DNA of 20,000 nucleotides from an uncultured virus (IMG/VR IMGVR_UViG_3300025632_000002). Taxonomy: Duplodnaviria > Heunggongvirae > Uroviricota > Caudoviricetes > Crassvirales. The notes beneath the pieces are model-generated. The model did no database searches. It saw only the letters and a program-made list of their open reading frames with translations, and was not told the DNA's origin. Below, piece by piece: positions 9,101-13,876 of this stretch. Location of the stretch: IMG/VR virus record IMGVR_UViG_3300025632_000002. The stretch is one strand, 5' to 3'. A program made the translations under genes and the position numbers. Within the stretch, counting starts at the first letter, position 1; the number at the start of each line of letters is the position of its first letter.

Positions 9101-10715
9101 AATATTAAACGCAATTGACCAAGCCCTTGAACTTGCCCTTGACGACGTCTTAACCAAGACTTTCACGCAGGGAACTATGGTAGACAACATCATTCAGTAC
9201 ATATCGAAGACGGGCTACCGAGTAGTTTTGGCCTCAGTGAGTCGTTTTGGAGCGGAAGGGTTGAGTAATAGTGGATTTGTATCCTTGTTTGCTCCGAAAC
9301 AAATGGCGTTGGGTTTGTCGAAAGAGAATATGAAACTGTCCATTGGTAGTGGGGGAACCGCAGTAGATATTCTGTCTGCTCTAGGTAGCACACAAATTTC
9401 TAGGTTATTTCCTGACCAGATGCTGTCTGGACGTATGATTGACACTTCAGTTCTTGGGGAAAAGTCTGGAGATAAAGGGGGTAGAGCTTATGGCGAGGTA
9501 GCCAACAAGATGTTGCAGATATATAATGGAGTAGTAAAACCTGGGAAAGAGGGTGTCGAGAGGGTGGCTGATGGATTAATATCTACCCCAGATAAAGCCG
9601 TTATCCGACCGCTATGGTTTGGGTCTTTTGAATATAAGTTCGAGGAACTTACAAAGAAGAAACCAGATATGGACAAGATAGCCGCAAACGATGAGGCTTA
9701 TATGGATGCTAATCAAAAAGCCCTAGACGAAGCTACTGACTATGCGGACCAGATGACGACATTTGCTGGAGCCGCCGACAATCCATTCAAAGGTCTTCTT
9801 AAAGGCAAGTACCCGTCAAGCGTGAAGCAGTCGGCTATGCTTCAAGCGTTTAACATATCTAACAGCTTTATGACCCGCTTCTTGATATATGAATTTATAT
9901 CAGCTCAAATAGGAACGTACGCTATGATGGGTAGGGGTATGATTTCTAAACGTCAAGGTGCGGCACTCCTCGGAGCCGTTACCACCCGTATGGTAGTGTA
10001 TACTTTGTTAACCACTTTATTTGCTCAGATATTTAAGCAAGCGTTTGGATTGGGTGATGAGGAAGAAGAGAAAGACATAGAGAAGCAGTTCGGTCAGGCA
10101 CTGGCCTCTACTGCCGTCAGCCTTATAGTAGGCCGAGACTTCGGTAACATAGTGAAGGGTCTCCTTAACTACGGGGTGGAGAACCTCAACGAAGAGTTCC
10201 TAGACGAGCTACGTGACGGAGACTACGACCCGTACCGAGACGCTATCGCGTACACCTTTGTTCCGCCAGACAAGGAGTACAAGTCCAACACGCTAGCGGA
10301 TTACATACGTAACCTGATGGGTCCGTTCGGCCCCTTCTATAAGATGGCGGAGTTCGGTGTGAAGACGCTTAGCGCCGACGAGAAGAAAGACCCAGCGGCA
10401 CGTATACGTCAGCAGCGAGAGCTCAATGAACGACTCCCGCTCGAGTTACTCGGAAACTTAGGATTGATTCCTCTGTACCGCGATATCAGGGCGCTCTTAC
10501 TAGCCGATATCTACAAGGGTATGGGCAAGGAGAAGAAAGGAAGCAGTACAGGTATGACTAAGGCTGAAAAGGCTCAGATGAAGGAATACTTCCCTGAACT
10601 ATACAAGATGCAGATGCAGATGGAAGAAGATATGAAGAACCCTGAGCTCGAGAAATTCGAAAAAGAGATGAAGCTACTTGAAAAGCAGCTTGAAGAATCC
10701 CTAAAGCAGCGCTGA
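183..10715 (+). CDS. Giant (3510 aa) polyvalent protein, putative virion-packaged/ejected protein
   Basis: Uninterrupted 10.5 kb ORF with an AT-rich leader. It has Gly/Ala-rich hydrophobic helices (about 1600-2200), acidic Pro-rich linkers, an HExxH peptidase, ART-like and HhH-like modules, and a long helical C-terminal region with a hydrophobic segment (AALLGAVTTRMVVYTLLTTLFAQIF). This architecture is typical of phage polyvalent/internal virion proteins. Confidence 0.85.
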   Translation: MNEQVIDDLYARALQSGYKKGRADFVQLIQSNEDVFNDMYQYVQSKGYAKDAQSFSSLVGKRTAPTVKKKVTASVSEPGSLVSPEPEVPVETAIAPATEAAEPATTLTGAADPDFFEERMEMISPQLIDRGDEDEVAQELTDVFKPYGFEVEPAGIGDAIKVTAGNGKSIEVDLDPFEMPKILSPFGLDFNTETETAEAKKLQDFLRENRQEGLDAPRRFVTNKQRDDEVKRINQKQKEINRSAQDYLKRKLEFQNKYPQFLTYDPEYIKNNPEEYQRFLNDRDSLEKEREFLVEIDQKAKEEGAQLDRLAGEYTEMLAQRGYWSGGVFRNEFIQGIAEIVAGAKDFALDTAYDPKFLMETDPEFFRDNYLKEAADKGYDVPSASDMTVDEFKAWMKTDKGIPAKESIAIQTSIVDTKLKRRKRGEPIDYEEALNAYSQYATSKNMEVTDGELAALRRGLDFLKDPESTPEAADLMYESFWGGALLGVTRSLPAILVPGGFITRTAAMYSQISSALEQEMAKDPDFRDISEAERFRLKLAIGSASSVLESLGVRNVLKQKGLLTGILMKALKKTPANVKGKAFNEVVMREINSAIGRGALVVTSAGLAEFETGFLQEGVDIGFKNVYNEMKGRDMFETPEGARDIFGRMLYAGAQEAVGGFVLGTPGAISAARRSYDFTAVDDATFEMFENVSSQTARGELTYRHMFYTNLQARINRGEISKADAQQEMDNLDEVIAVNRDIPSDLTVSQKKKALGILLRKKDLQEQIEGKDPILVKRQQEELNSLNRELDQILYGTPETDAIQEQGPESVDAPEPTRDSEAVGEGVPDIGEPTTEVEAQDDVTDEAPAPTTEVAVDEAPTEKQQKGLQRRIDRSKKDFAAATSLEEKAKALVRYLNSVSNSKGIASEEDAAWYEANKAELEAEGFVFDDIGDELADGKPADIRNEETSDAVPKGKIIIKAVVKPGRVVDGKAVSRPTYDVIRGTGTTAARDALVAELKALEDELTTDNFNEISPKLKAARKALKDYDDANFPSSKSVAAPKKSAPKKTVSEPTQEVTEEVAVEETVPVEVEPVTAQSARYAQLIEDTPDSVVELFENWTKSLFSPEIEAIENKEPSNRTRSESAKLAAVTRRMKKALAAAEAAGLDNSAQIELERAVRERLETQEAAAVVAENVSEPTQEVTEEEQVDIDEFFGEQDIEGVEKVSENLVINRKQKAPTADPKSQRRMNRVRQMSVKAAASIRKIAPEVKILIHESPEEYQRFAGEQTAGNYNPKTKTIHINLGKANLYTAPHEVFHALLLQTISTDSEALTVSRKMLESVRKVVDPNSQMAKDIDEFVARYGDAPTIQDEEYLAQLTGILTAEYRTLNKPAKNAVKDFLRKLAKMLGLEKYLGPEFLKTDEQVIDLLNTISRRMSEGEYIEAADVQAMGDILSEATPAEQAQAQREVRDFKRKERERKATEENLLNRSQEYVQDFDELERLNNEGVMFHFGPVDIQEVMPEKLRLMVSGYGIYFIDKAESPTTYSLYASRYGKRVTLVDGNGMNLVDSGSKISKEEFTTLMDTFNKEVAALDEVSPEITELSDYLNELDLDLQGANPTWYEMLTTMSPDLLPSDSDFFLGGVIDKAYNYTNPQKMFIAEVTAKALGYDGATSIIGKGSIEEHSVVNVWNFDKVNKNIISDEAVTPRMQVVPRQQVADAATSIQESLKFADKSSFPNKLEFKRALQERFDNEVYPLIKERYGVKDNRSNTDQGLKDYLVDAYLNETLTAIEAYPDALGWYDARITGAMSLMEKLHPELATDKDAASTFKIALAITSNGNKVYDNFVEANRQYEYFKENGKFDDTYSIGDQRAGILSTLAFTNKALESMSMADFTAFLTTKYRAGDLKYMKDGKKTPLLPGFAVDEEVYGASIFGPKIGNGFFMNLYGEFNQLTMDRWFMRQFGRLTGTLIDYDQKKVDAGTKRLNRAIKALAKRNAAKLSEMIPGWDKMSAEELSSKIQKASMDLKKRATFKSNPKLDEVRKAGNNLSKQVSAEVEAPRNSSQRKFINEVFTELQAKLKNDYDIDITIADLQAVNWYPEKALYQTFKADQSTKTGKVETSDNEQPDYESAAKKLVEEQGVSKKEIKEDEARRSKQLERNTANREAIEQRAGELNKDDIEASEVKRLKDKIISVKEDVTSSGLEEGVAPRQQLSDIATPLPRQQKSVREVVQQARDNNFKDAATKDFLKRKGVPTADIDKAIKTLDEVYARVMKEIDGVITKSQKRGVDFDTQLKNALAYLQGTKLYEDTTDIHREKLMREVRAKFDKKEKRAPSAKRILGNIKDVKKVTLKEKEALKMQLRLVAKTAKTTARALVVASNELTKSLKEMVKGGVITANQMSSVLRRFSRVDLFNPASIDSFLDYMAKIFADAEYGAKIARIKKLLPRAKKNIKSKIGVADVLGDTLTKLFNVNPTLIPMEMLEDYQNLLEMMGAAKKVLPLADINDVTEVANKLLNAVYEEVSMAEDLAEVFANYENKVIKDGKVDYAATVRAMIADETISEAEATVMIKYKSRIVESTTKEPKTEEELAEERAELMSAVDAAKVNVSRLVMDEERTLARQLAKLMRTEAIERLSNQQLETLLAVIDNINNGFVTHAANRLYVNMNALNNDNQLADSLQEADPLSISKFVAKIKGGITQNNKFFEAIKRRPLAYIDSLFGDFKTNRIYNSVFRPLAKAFDSMNVEIQRIEERLDNAENAVRKSFKRNPNKVRLSSYKRMTYMLQREFEANPDNGQVNPAADFIRATIDHINEGKSFFKGRDAEMLQQILDDFGVSVKDADGNEVIQIDSQKLYDSFNKAERNAIVVAEDINKSLASKASFTAAVIQGRRADILNQYAHHNVLSSSEQADKSTSISEIQKYNQSLRASTKAKNSIERTGAVTPLNFDVLTSVSRGAKMMLTDFYLTDPVRTSRKTISNTRKVLEERGNATKQDKEILNAIDQALELALDDVLTKTFTQGTMVDNIIQYISKTGYRVVLASVSRFGAEGLSNSGFVSLFAPKQMALGLSKENMKLSIGSGGTAVDILSALGSTQISRLFPDQMLSGRMIDTSVLGEKSGDKGGRAYGEVANKMLQIYNGVVKPGKEGVERVADGLISTPDKAVIRPLWFGSFEYKFEELTKKKPDMDKIAANDEAYMDANQKALDEATDYADQMTTFAGAADNPFKGLLKGKYPSSVKQSAMLQAFNISNSFMTRFLIYEFISAQIGTYAMMGRGMISKRQGAALLGAVTTRMVVYTLLTTLFAQIFKQAFGLGDEEEEKDIEKQFGQALASTAVSLIVGRDFGNIVKGLLNYGVENLNEEFLDELRDGDYDPYRDAIAYTFVPPDKEYKSNTLADYIRNLMGPFGPFYKMAEFGVKTLSADEKKDPAARIRQQRELNERLPLELLGNLGLIPLYRDIRALLLADIYKGMGKEKKGSSTGMTKAEKAQMKEYFPELYKMQMQMEEDMKNPELEKFEKEMKLLEKQLEESLKQR
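383..392 (+). repeat. A10 homopolymer within the giant gene (VKKK), potential slippage site
   Basis: GTAAAAAAAAAAGTT at 381-395, directly after the small N-terminal repeat domain. Confidence 0.6.
2940..3140 (+). other. GrpE C-terminal (head)-like domain within the giant protein
   Basis: ELEAEGFVFDDIGDELADG...VPKGKIIIKAVVKPGRVVDGKAVSRPTYDVIRG follows the GrpE pattern L..xG......G..f.......g.I..V..xG....G.v.R...V.V and is preceded by a helical segment. Confidence 0.5.
3330..3345. promoter_or_regulatory. Palindromic site GTGTCG-N4-CGACAC, copy 1
   Basis: GTGTCG GAGC CGACAC. The sequence is seen directly; a protein-binding role is inferred. Confidence 0.6.
3705..3720. promoter_or_regulatory. 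Palindromic site GTGTCG-N4-CGACAC, copy 2
   Basis: GTGTCG GAGC CGACAC. Confidence 0.6.
3870..4430 (+). other. Zincin-like metallopeptidase domain (MPTase-PolyVal-like) within the giant protein
   Basis: AGNYNPKTKTIHINL...TAPHEVFHALL (HExxH at 4059-4073), then DEEYLAQ (EE at 4233-4238) and a KDFLRKLAKMLG helix. This is the usual arrangement in polyvalent-protein zincins. Confidence 0.8.
4638..5210 (+). other. ADP-ribosyltransferase-like domain (ART-PolyVal-like) within the giant protein
   Basis: Ordered motifs MFHFG (H at 4650-4652), GYGIYF (4710-4727), YASRYG, LGYDG (5118-5132) and a terminal strand EEHSVVNVWNFDKV match the H-Y-type ART layout. Confidence 0.6.
5238..6791 (+). repeat. Repeated PR(Q/M)Q linker motif (5238-5249, 5256-5267, 6744-6755, 6780-6791)
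   Basis: VTPRMQVVPRQQ and VAPRQQ...PLPRQQ bracket one module. CCTCGCCAGCA is identical at 5256-5266 and 6744-6754. Confidence 0.75.
5490..6440 (+). other. HhH-GPD DNA-glycosylase-fold-like domain within the giant protein
   Basis: Motifs WYD, LAITS-N, GPKIGNGFFMNL (from 5922), TMDRWFMR (D at 5985-5987) and ADLQAVNWY (6387-6413) resemble the G-x-K hairpin, the catalytic-Asp D-x-W/H motif and the C-terminal QA..W motif of phage HhH-fold proteins. Confidence 0.6.
6979..6994. promoter_or_regulatory. Palindromic site GTGTCG-N4-CGACAC, copy 3
   Basis: GTGTCG ACTT CGACAC, encoding GVDFDT in a different codon phase from copies 1 and 2. Confidence 0.6.
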
Positions 10716-10793
10716 TAGTAAATGGAGGAGGCCCCAGAAAAGGACTGCGTTAAGAACCAAAACCAACAAGAGATTATGTGTTTGTTTTCTCAT
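10701..10793 (-). CDS. Small (30 aa) hydrophobic single-TM protein, not in the ORF track
   Basis: MRKQTHNLLLVLVLNAVLFWGLLHLLSALL*. Its ATG overlaps the TGA of the preceding gene (ATGA coupling at 10790-10793) and it fills the gap to the convergent giant gene, overlapping it by 15 nt. Confidence 0.6.
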   Translation of the reverse strand: MRKQTHNLLLVLVLNAVLFWGLLHLLSALL

Positions 10794-11206
10794 AGCAGCA
10801 TATCTGTGATGTCCTTACCCATCGATATGTGAAGGTACGATACTTCTTTTCGCTTGGTTTTTCCCCTGTCCCAATGCGTCTTTACGGGCAGCGTTTTAAA
10901 TGACCACGATAAAGCGTCGCTTTTTTTAATGTGGTCTAAATCAAAAGCCCATACCCCTTTGGGGGTGGAGTTTAAGTAGATAGGACGAGTGCCGTTCTTT
11001 CCTGATTCCCGAAGCAGTCGGTCCCATTTGCTACGCTCTATCATAAGGTCGTCATAGTGTCGGCGCCGACACTTTAACTCTATCTGCATATTGAGGTCCT
11101 CGCTAAAGCAATCGTAGGTGCTATTGCTTTTTTTGTATGATAGTAAGTCTGGGATTAACTTGTCGCGAAGAACTTTATAAAGGTCTTTCTCATTTATGTA
11201 TCTCAT
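10790..11206 (-). CDS. Putative PD-(D/E)XK-fold nuclease
   Basis: YDCFS...IELKCR motif (D...ExK), then DDLMIERSKWD and IYLNSTPKGVWAFDL. Confidence 0.6.
   Translation of the reverse strand: MRYINEKDLYKVLRDKLIPDLLSYKKSNSTYDCFSEDLNMQIELKCRRRHYDDLMIERSKWDRLLRESGKNGTRPIYLNSTPKGVWAFDLDHIKKSDALSWSFKTLPVKTHWDRGKTKRKEVSYLHISMGKDITDMLL
11057..11072. promoter_or_regulatory. Palindromic site GTGTCG-N4-CGACAC, copy 4 (within the perfect 18-bp palindrome 11056-11073)
   Basis: AGTGTCGGCGCCGACACT, encoding KCRRRH on the - strand in the third codon phase. Confidence 0.6.
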
Positions 11207-11387
11207 CCTCTGTTGAATCTCCTAAATCGATAAGACGTTGATTCAGTATTTTAACGGTGGACCTTAACGATACATAGTCCTCATCCACAAAGCTTTCATA
11301 AATTTCGTCAACAAGGTCGTGGAGTTCACCAACTACATAATTTATGTGGTTGATTTTTCTAACTGTTTCCACGTCCCATTTGCTCAT
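11190..11387 (-). CDS. Hypothetical protein (65 aa, acidic, helical)
   Basis: Packed tightly in the operon; abuts or overlaps both neighbours. Confidence 0.65.
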   Translation of the reverse strand: MSKWDVETVRKINHINYVVGELHDLVDEIYESFVDEDYVSLRSTVKILNQRLIDLGDSTEDEIHK

Positions 11388-11609
11388 CTATCTAAGTAGT
11401 ATTTTGGCCTCTTCAGGGTTAACGCTTTTAATAGCTTGATATATTTTCCTTGATTTCTTGTGGACCTCTTCTATTTCTTTCTTTAAAGAATCGGCCCCAA
11501 GCTCAGTATACATAAAGCAATCTATCTTTAAAAGCGCGTCCACCTTCTGTCTGTCCGTCCACGTTTTAAACCCTAAAATCTTGTCAATGTCGTTTACGTT
11601 ATAACTCAT
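11388..11609 (-). CDS. Hypothetical phage protein (73 aa)
   Basis: Operon packing and protein-like composition. Confidence 0.7.
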   Translation of the reverse strand: MSYNVNDIDKILGFKTWTDRQKVDALLKIDCFMYTELGADSLKKEIEEVHKKSRKIYQAIKSVNPEEAKILLR

Positions 11610-12123
11610 TGATTAATTGAATTAATTTAGATTGTAATTTTTCTTCTTTACCCTCAGGAACTCGGCTCTTAAGGATAAAAAAAAGTTTCGAAAATCTACC
11701 GCCATTGCTTTCATAAGTATCTACAGTAGTTTTTAATTCCTTTAACTGCAAAGATAATGTATCTACAGAATCCCGTAATTCATAAATATATTCCCTGAGC
11801 TCTTTAGCTCCCATATCGTAGACAACATCATACTCTACGCTGTGTGATTTTTTTACTCTGGAGTATATTTTTCGCAGTTCAGGAAGTTGCCCTAGCAAAT
11901 CATTGGCAATTCGCAAATAGTGCAATACGGTACAATGAGTTTTATTTATCGAGCGCGAGATAAGAGTGCATCCGTAGCCCCTTTCTTTTAAAATTAAGGA
12001 GTAAATCATACGAGCATCCACATATTTTCTCGCCCTGGTATTCTCCATTATATCCAACCCGAACTCAATCCCTATGGTTTTTTTCAGCTTCGCTGATTCT
12101 GTATCAAATCGGAATGTGCTCAT
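11599..12123 (-). CDS. DnaA domain IV-like HTH protein with C-terminal coiled coil
   Basis: EFGLDIMENTRARKYVDARMIYSLIL...TLISRSINKTHCTVLHYLR parallels the DnaA_C pattern R......RQ...Y...IG..f.RdHtTVlhA. Confidence 0.7.
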   Translation of the reverse strand: MSTFRFDTESAKLKKTIGIEFGLDIMENTRARKYVDARMIYSLILKERGYGCTLISRSINKTHCTVLHYLRIANDLLGQLPELRKIYSRVKKSHSVEYDVVYDMGAKELREYIYELRDSVDTLSLQLKELKTTVDTYESNGGRFSKLFFILKSRVPEGKEEKLQSKLIQLINEL

Positions 12124-12433
12124 TCGATAGTATTTTATCTAAGTAATTATCTGAATCCACCTTTCTAATATCAATCATCACCACCCATTCAGGCTCTTCC
12201 TTTATGTACTCTACCTCTAAAAAAGTTGCTTCGCCTTCCCTGTTATGAATAACCAATCCTGCCTGTTGCGGAAACAGGTTTCTAATGGGCAAGAACACAA
12301 CGGAGTCTTCGAGCTTCACCCATATATTCATTGCCTCTGAGATAGTAAACAGGCTCTTTATGCTTTCAAGGAATCCATCCTCGGCCACGAATACCGCTTC
12401 GCTATCCTCTGTATACTTCTGTTTTAAATCCAT
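12104..12433 (-). CDS. Hypothetical protein (109 aa)
   Basis: Operon packing with overlaps to both neighbours. Confidence 0.65.
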   Translation of the reverse strand: MDLKQKYTEDSEAVFVAEDGFLESIKSLFTISEAMNIWVKLEDSVVFLPIRNLFPQQAGLVIHNREGEATFLEVEYIKEEPEWVVMIDIRKVDSDNYLDKILSNEHIPI

Positions 12434-12641
12434 AGCCCTCTAGTTCGTTTAATCGGTATTCCTGCAAGCGAGATACCTTCCCTTTCGGGCGTTTAACTTC
12501 CGAGAATAAAACGTCAGCCCCTGGCTTCAAGGCCAGTATATCGGGGATGCCGTTCTTGTTGGTCTTCATAAGCTTCAGGACGTAGTACCCCTCAGCCTCC
12601 AGCTCCTTGATTCGATTGGATTGGATTTGTTGTTCAGTCAT
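12402..12641 (-). CDS. VRR-NUC domain nuclease (putative Holliday junction resolvase)
   Basis: MTEQQIQ...GIPDILAL...FSEVKRPKGKVSRLQ...L...G is the canonical VRR-NUC signature; it sits next to an SNF2-like helicase, as is common in phages. Confidence 0.9.
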   Translation of the reverse strand: MTEQQIQSNRIKELEAEGYYVLKLMKTNKNGIPDILALKPGADVLFSEVKRPKGKVSRLQEYRLNELEGYGFKTEVYRG

Positions 12642-12643
12642 AT

Positions 12644-13876
12644 TTACAAACTTAATAAATCCCTTTTGAAGTGCTTGAGCGTGTAGTCTTTCTTACGCGC
12701 CACAGCTTGGTAGATATCCTTCTCGATACCGCCCTCGGAGAACACCCAGTAGACATCGTTCTTGAGCCTGTCCTTAGTGGTCATCCTATCCCTTGACTGC
12801 CAGTAACTTGTCGCACTGAAGTCGATGTTGTAGTAGACCAAGGCGTCAGCCTTCCTTAGCGATATCCCCTCGCGACCGCTCACTATCTGAAGGGCTATGT
12901 TCTTGTCCGTCTCGTTGAACTCGTCGAGCTCCGTAGTAAGGTCATCCCCGAACACCTTCTTCAAAGCGTTGAGCTCTTCCTTGAACTTATAGAAGATACC
13001 TACCTTCTGCTTCTTGAATCGCTCGCGTATAAACTCCGCCTTGCTGTAGTCCAATACCATCGAAGCGCCGCTCTCGAACTTGACCGTTCCCGAGCATAGT
13101 TGGTGTACCTTCTGCATCAGCTTGACCGCTGTATCCGCCAGTATCACCTCCTCCTTACCCTCGACCACCTTGTCGCGCTTGAGCCGCCGCACCAGATTTT
13201 GTGTCGAGTCCGACATTTTTACGTGCAGCACGTGCTCCTTGGTGTCCACCACGAACCCCGCTTCCTTCTGCGTATACATCAGGGTGTACGGCTTGACCGC
13301 GTCTATGATGGTCTCTTTGCCTCCCGAGTAGTCATTGACCATATGTAGCCCGCGCCTCTGCTGTCGTACGTTGACGAACTCGTTGGCGAACTTATAGAAG
13401 TTCGAGTAGTAGGAGAATGGATTCCCTGGTATCCCATAGACCTGGTGGTACATAGCTGAGTAAGACTCAGGCGTTGGCGTACCTGACATAAGTATGACAT
13501 ACGGCCCGTACTTCGCCAGCAACGACCTTACTTGCTTGGACCGCTTGCTCGGCTTCGGGAACGCACCCATCGTGTGCGCTTCGTCACATATCACCACGTC
13601 CCAATCCCGCGCTGGTATCTTGTGGATACTCTCGTAGTTGATGACGTGGATGAAGTAGTCAGCTCCAAGCATAGCGTTGTCCGCTTCGATACTCGAGATA
13701 GCTTTCTTCTTAGTGAGGAACAATACGTTGCGGGCACCTAACTCTTCGGCAACGGACAGGCTTGTCAATGTCTTACCTGTGCGTACCTCCATCGCTAAGT
13801 AACACCACCCCGAGTCACGCATCTTAGCAACCGCTTTGTCGCGTATCTCTATTTGGTAGTCGCGGAGCTGTATCAT
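12644..13876 (-). CDS. SF2 (SNF2-like) DEAH helicase
   Basis: LRDYQ (Q motif), EVRTGKT (Walker A), ICDEAH (motif II), MSGTP (III), SGREGISL (V) and QSRDR (VI). Confidence 0.9.
   Translation of the reverse strand: MIQLRDYQIEIRDKAVAKMRDSGWCYLAMEVRTGKTLTSLSVAEELGARNVLFLTKKKAISSIEADNAMLGADYFIHVINYESIHKIPARDWDVVICDEAHTMGAFPKPSKRSKQVRSLLAKYGPYVILMSGTPTPESYSAMYHQVYGIPGNPFSYYSNFYKFANEFVNVRQQRRGLHMVNDYSGGKETIIDAVKPYTLMYTQKEAGFVVDTKEHVLHVKMSDSTQNLVRRLKRDKVVEGKEEVILADTAVKLMQKVHQLCSGTVKFESGASMVLDYSKAEFIRERFKKQKVGIFYKFKEELNALKKVFGDDLTTELDEFNETDKNIALQIVSGREGISLRKADALVYYNIDFSATSYWQSRDRMTTKDRLKNDVYWVFSEGGIEKDIYQAVARKKDYTLKHFKRDLLSL
13201..13216. promoter_or_regulatory. Palindromic site, copy 5 (one mismatch)
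   Basis: GTGTCG AGTC CGACAT. On the - strand, TGTCGGACTCGACACAA matches copies 1, 2 and 6 at 15 of 17 positions. Confidence 0.5.

Noticed and set aside
620..9676. Numerous minus-strand ORFs (60-160 aa) inside the giant gene
   Set aside because: Ser/Leu/Phe-rich antisense shadows of a long coding frame, with no motifs or independent signals.
183..10715. Giant protein as a crAss- or N4-type virion RNA polymerase
   Set aside because: I found no DxDxD (DFDID-type) catalytic motif. The nearest, GVDFDTQ, lacks the third Asp and coincides with the DNA palindrome. No single-subunit RNAP motifs were recognised.
10723..10732. GGAGGAGG Shine-Dalgarno-like sequence after the giant gene
   Set aside because: No suitably spaced start codon or plus-strand ORF follows; it is explained by codons of the minus-strand small ORF.
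12647..12654. TAAGTTTG on the - strand, an exact Bacteroidota -7 box before VRR-NUC
   Set aside because: No TTG at the -33 position, it overlaps the helicase's last codons and it leaves essentially no leader; it may be chance.
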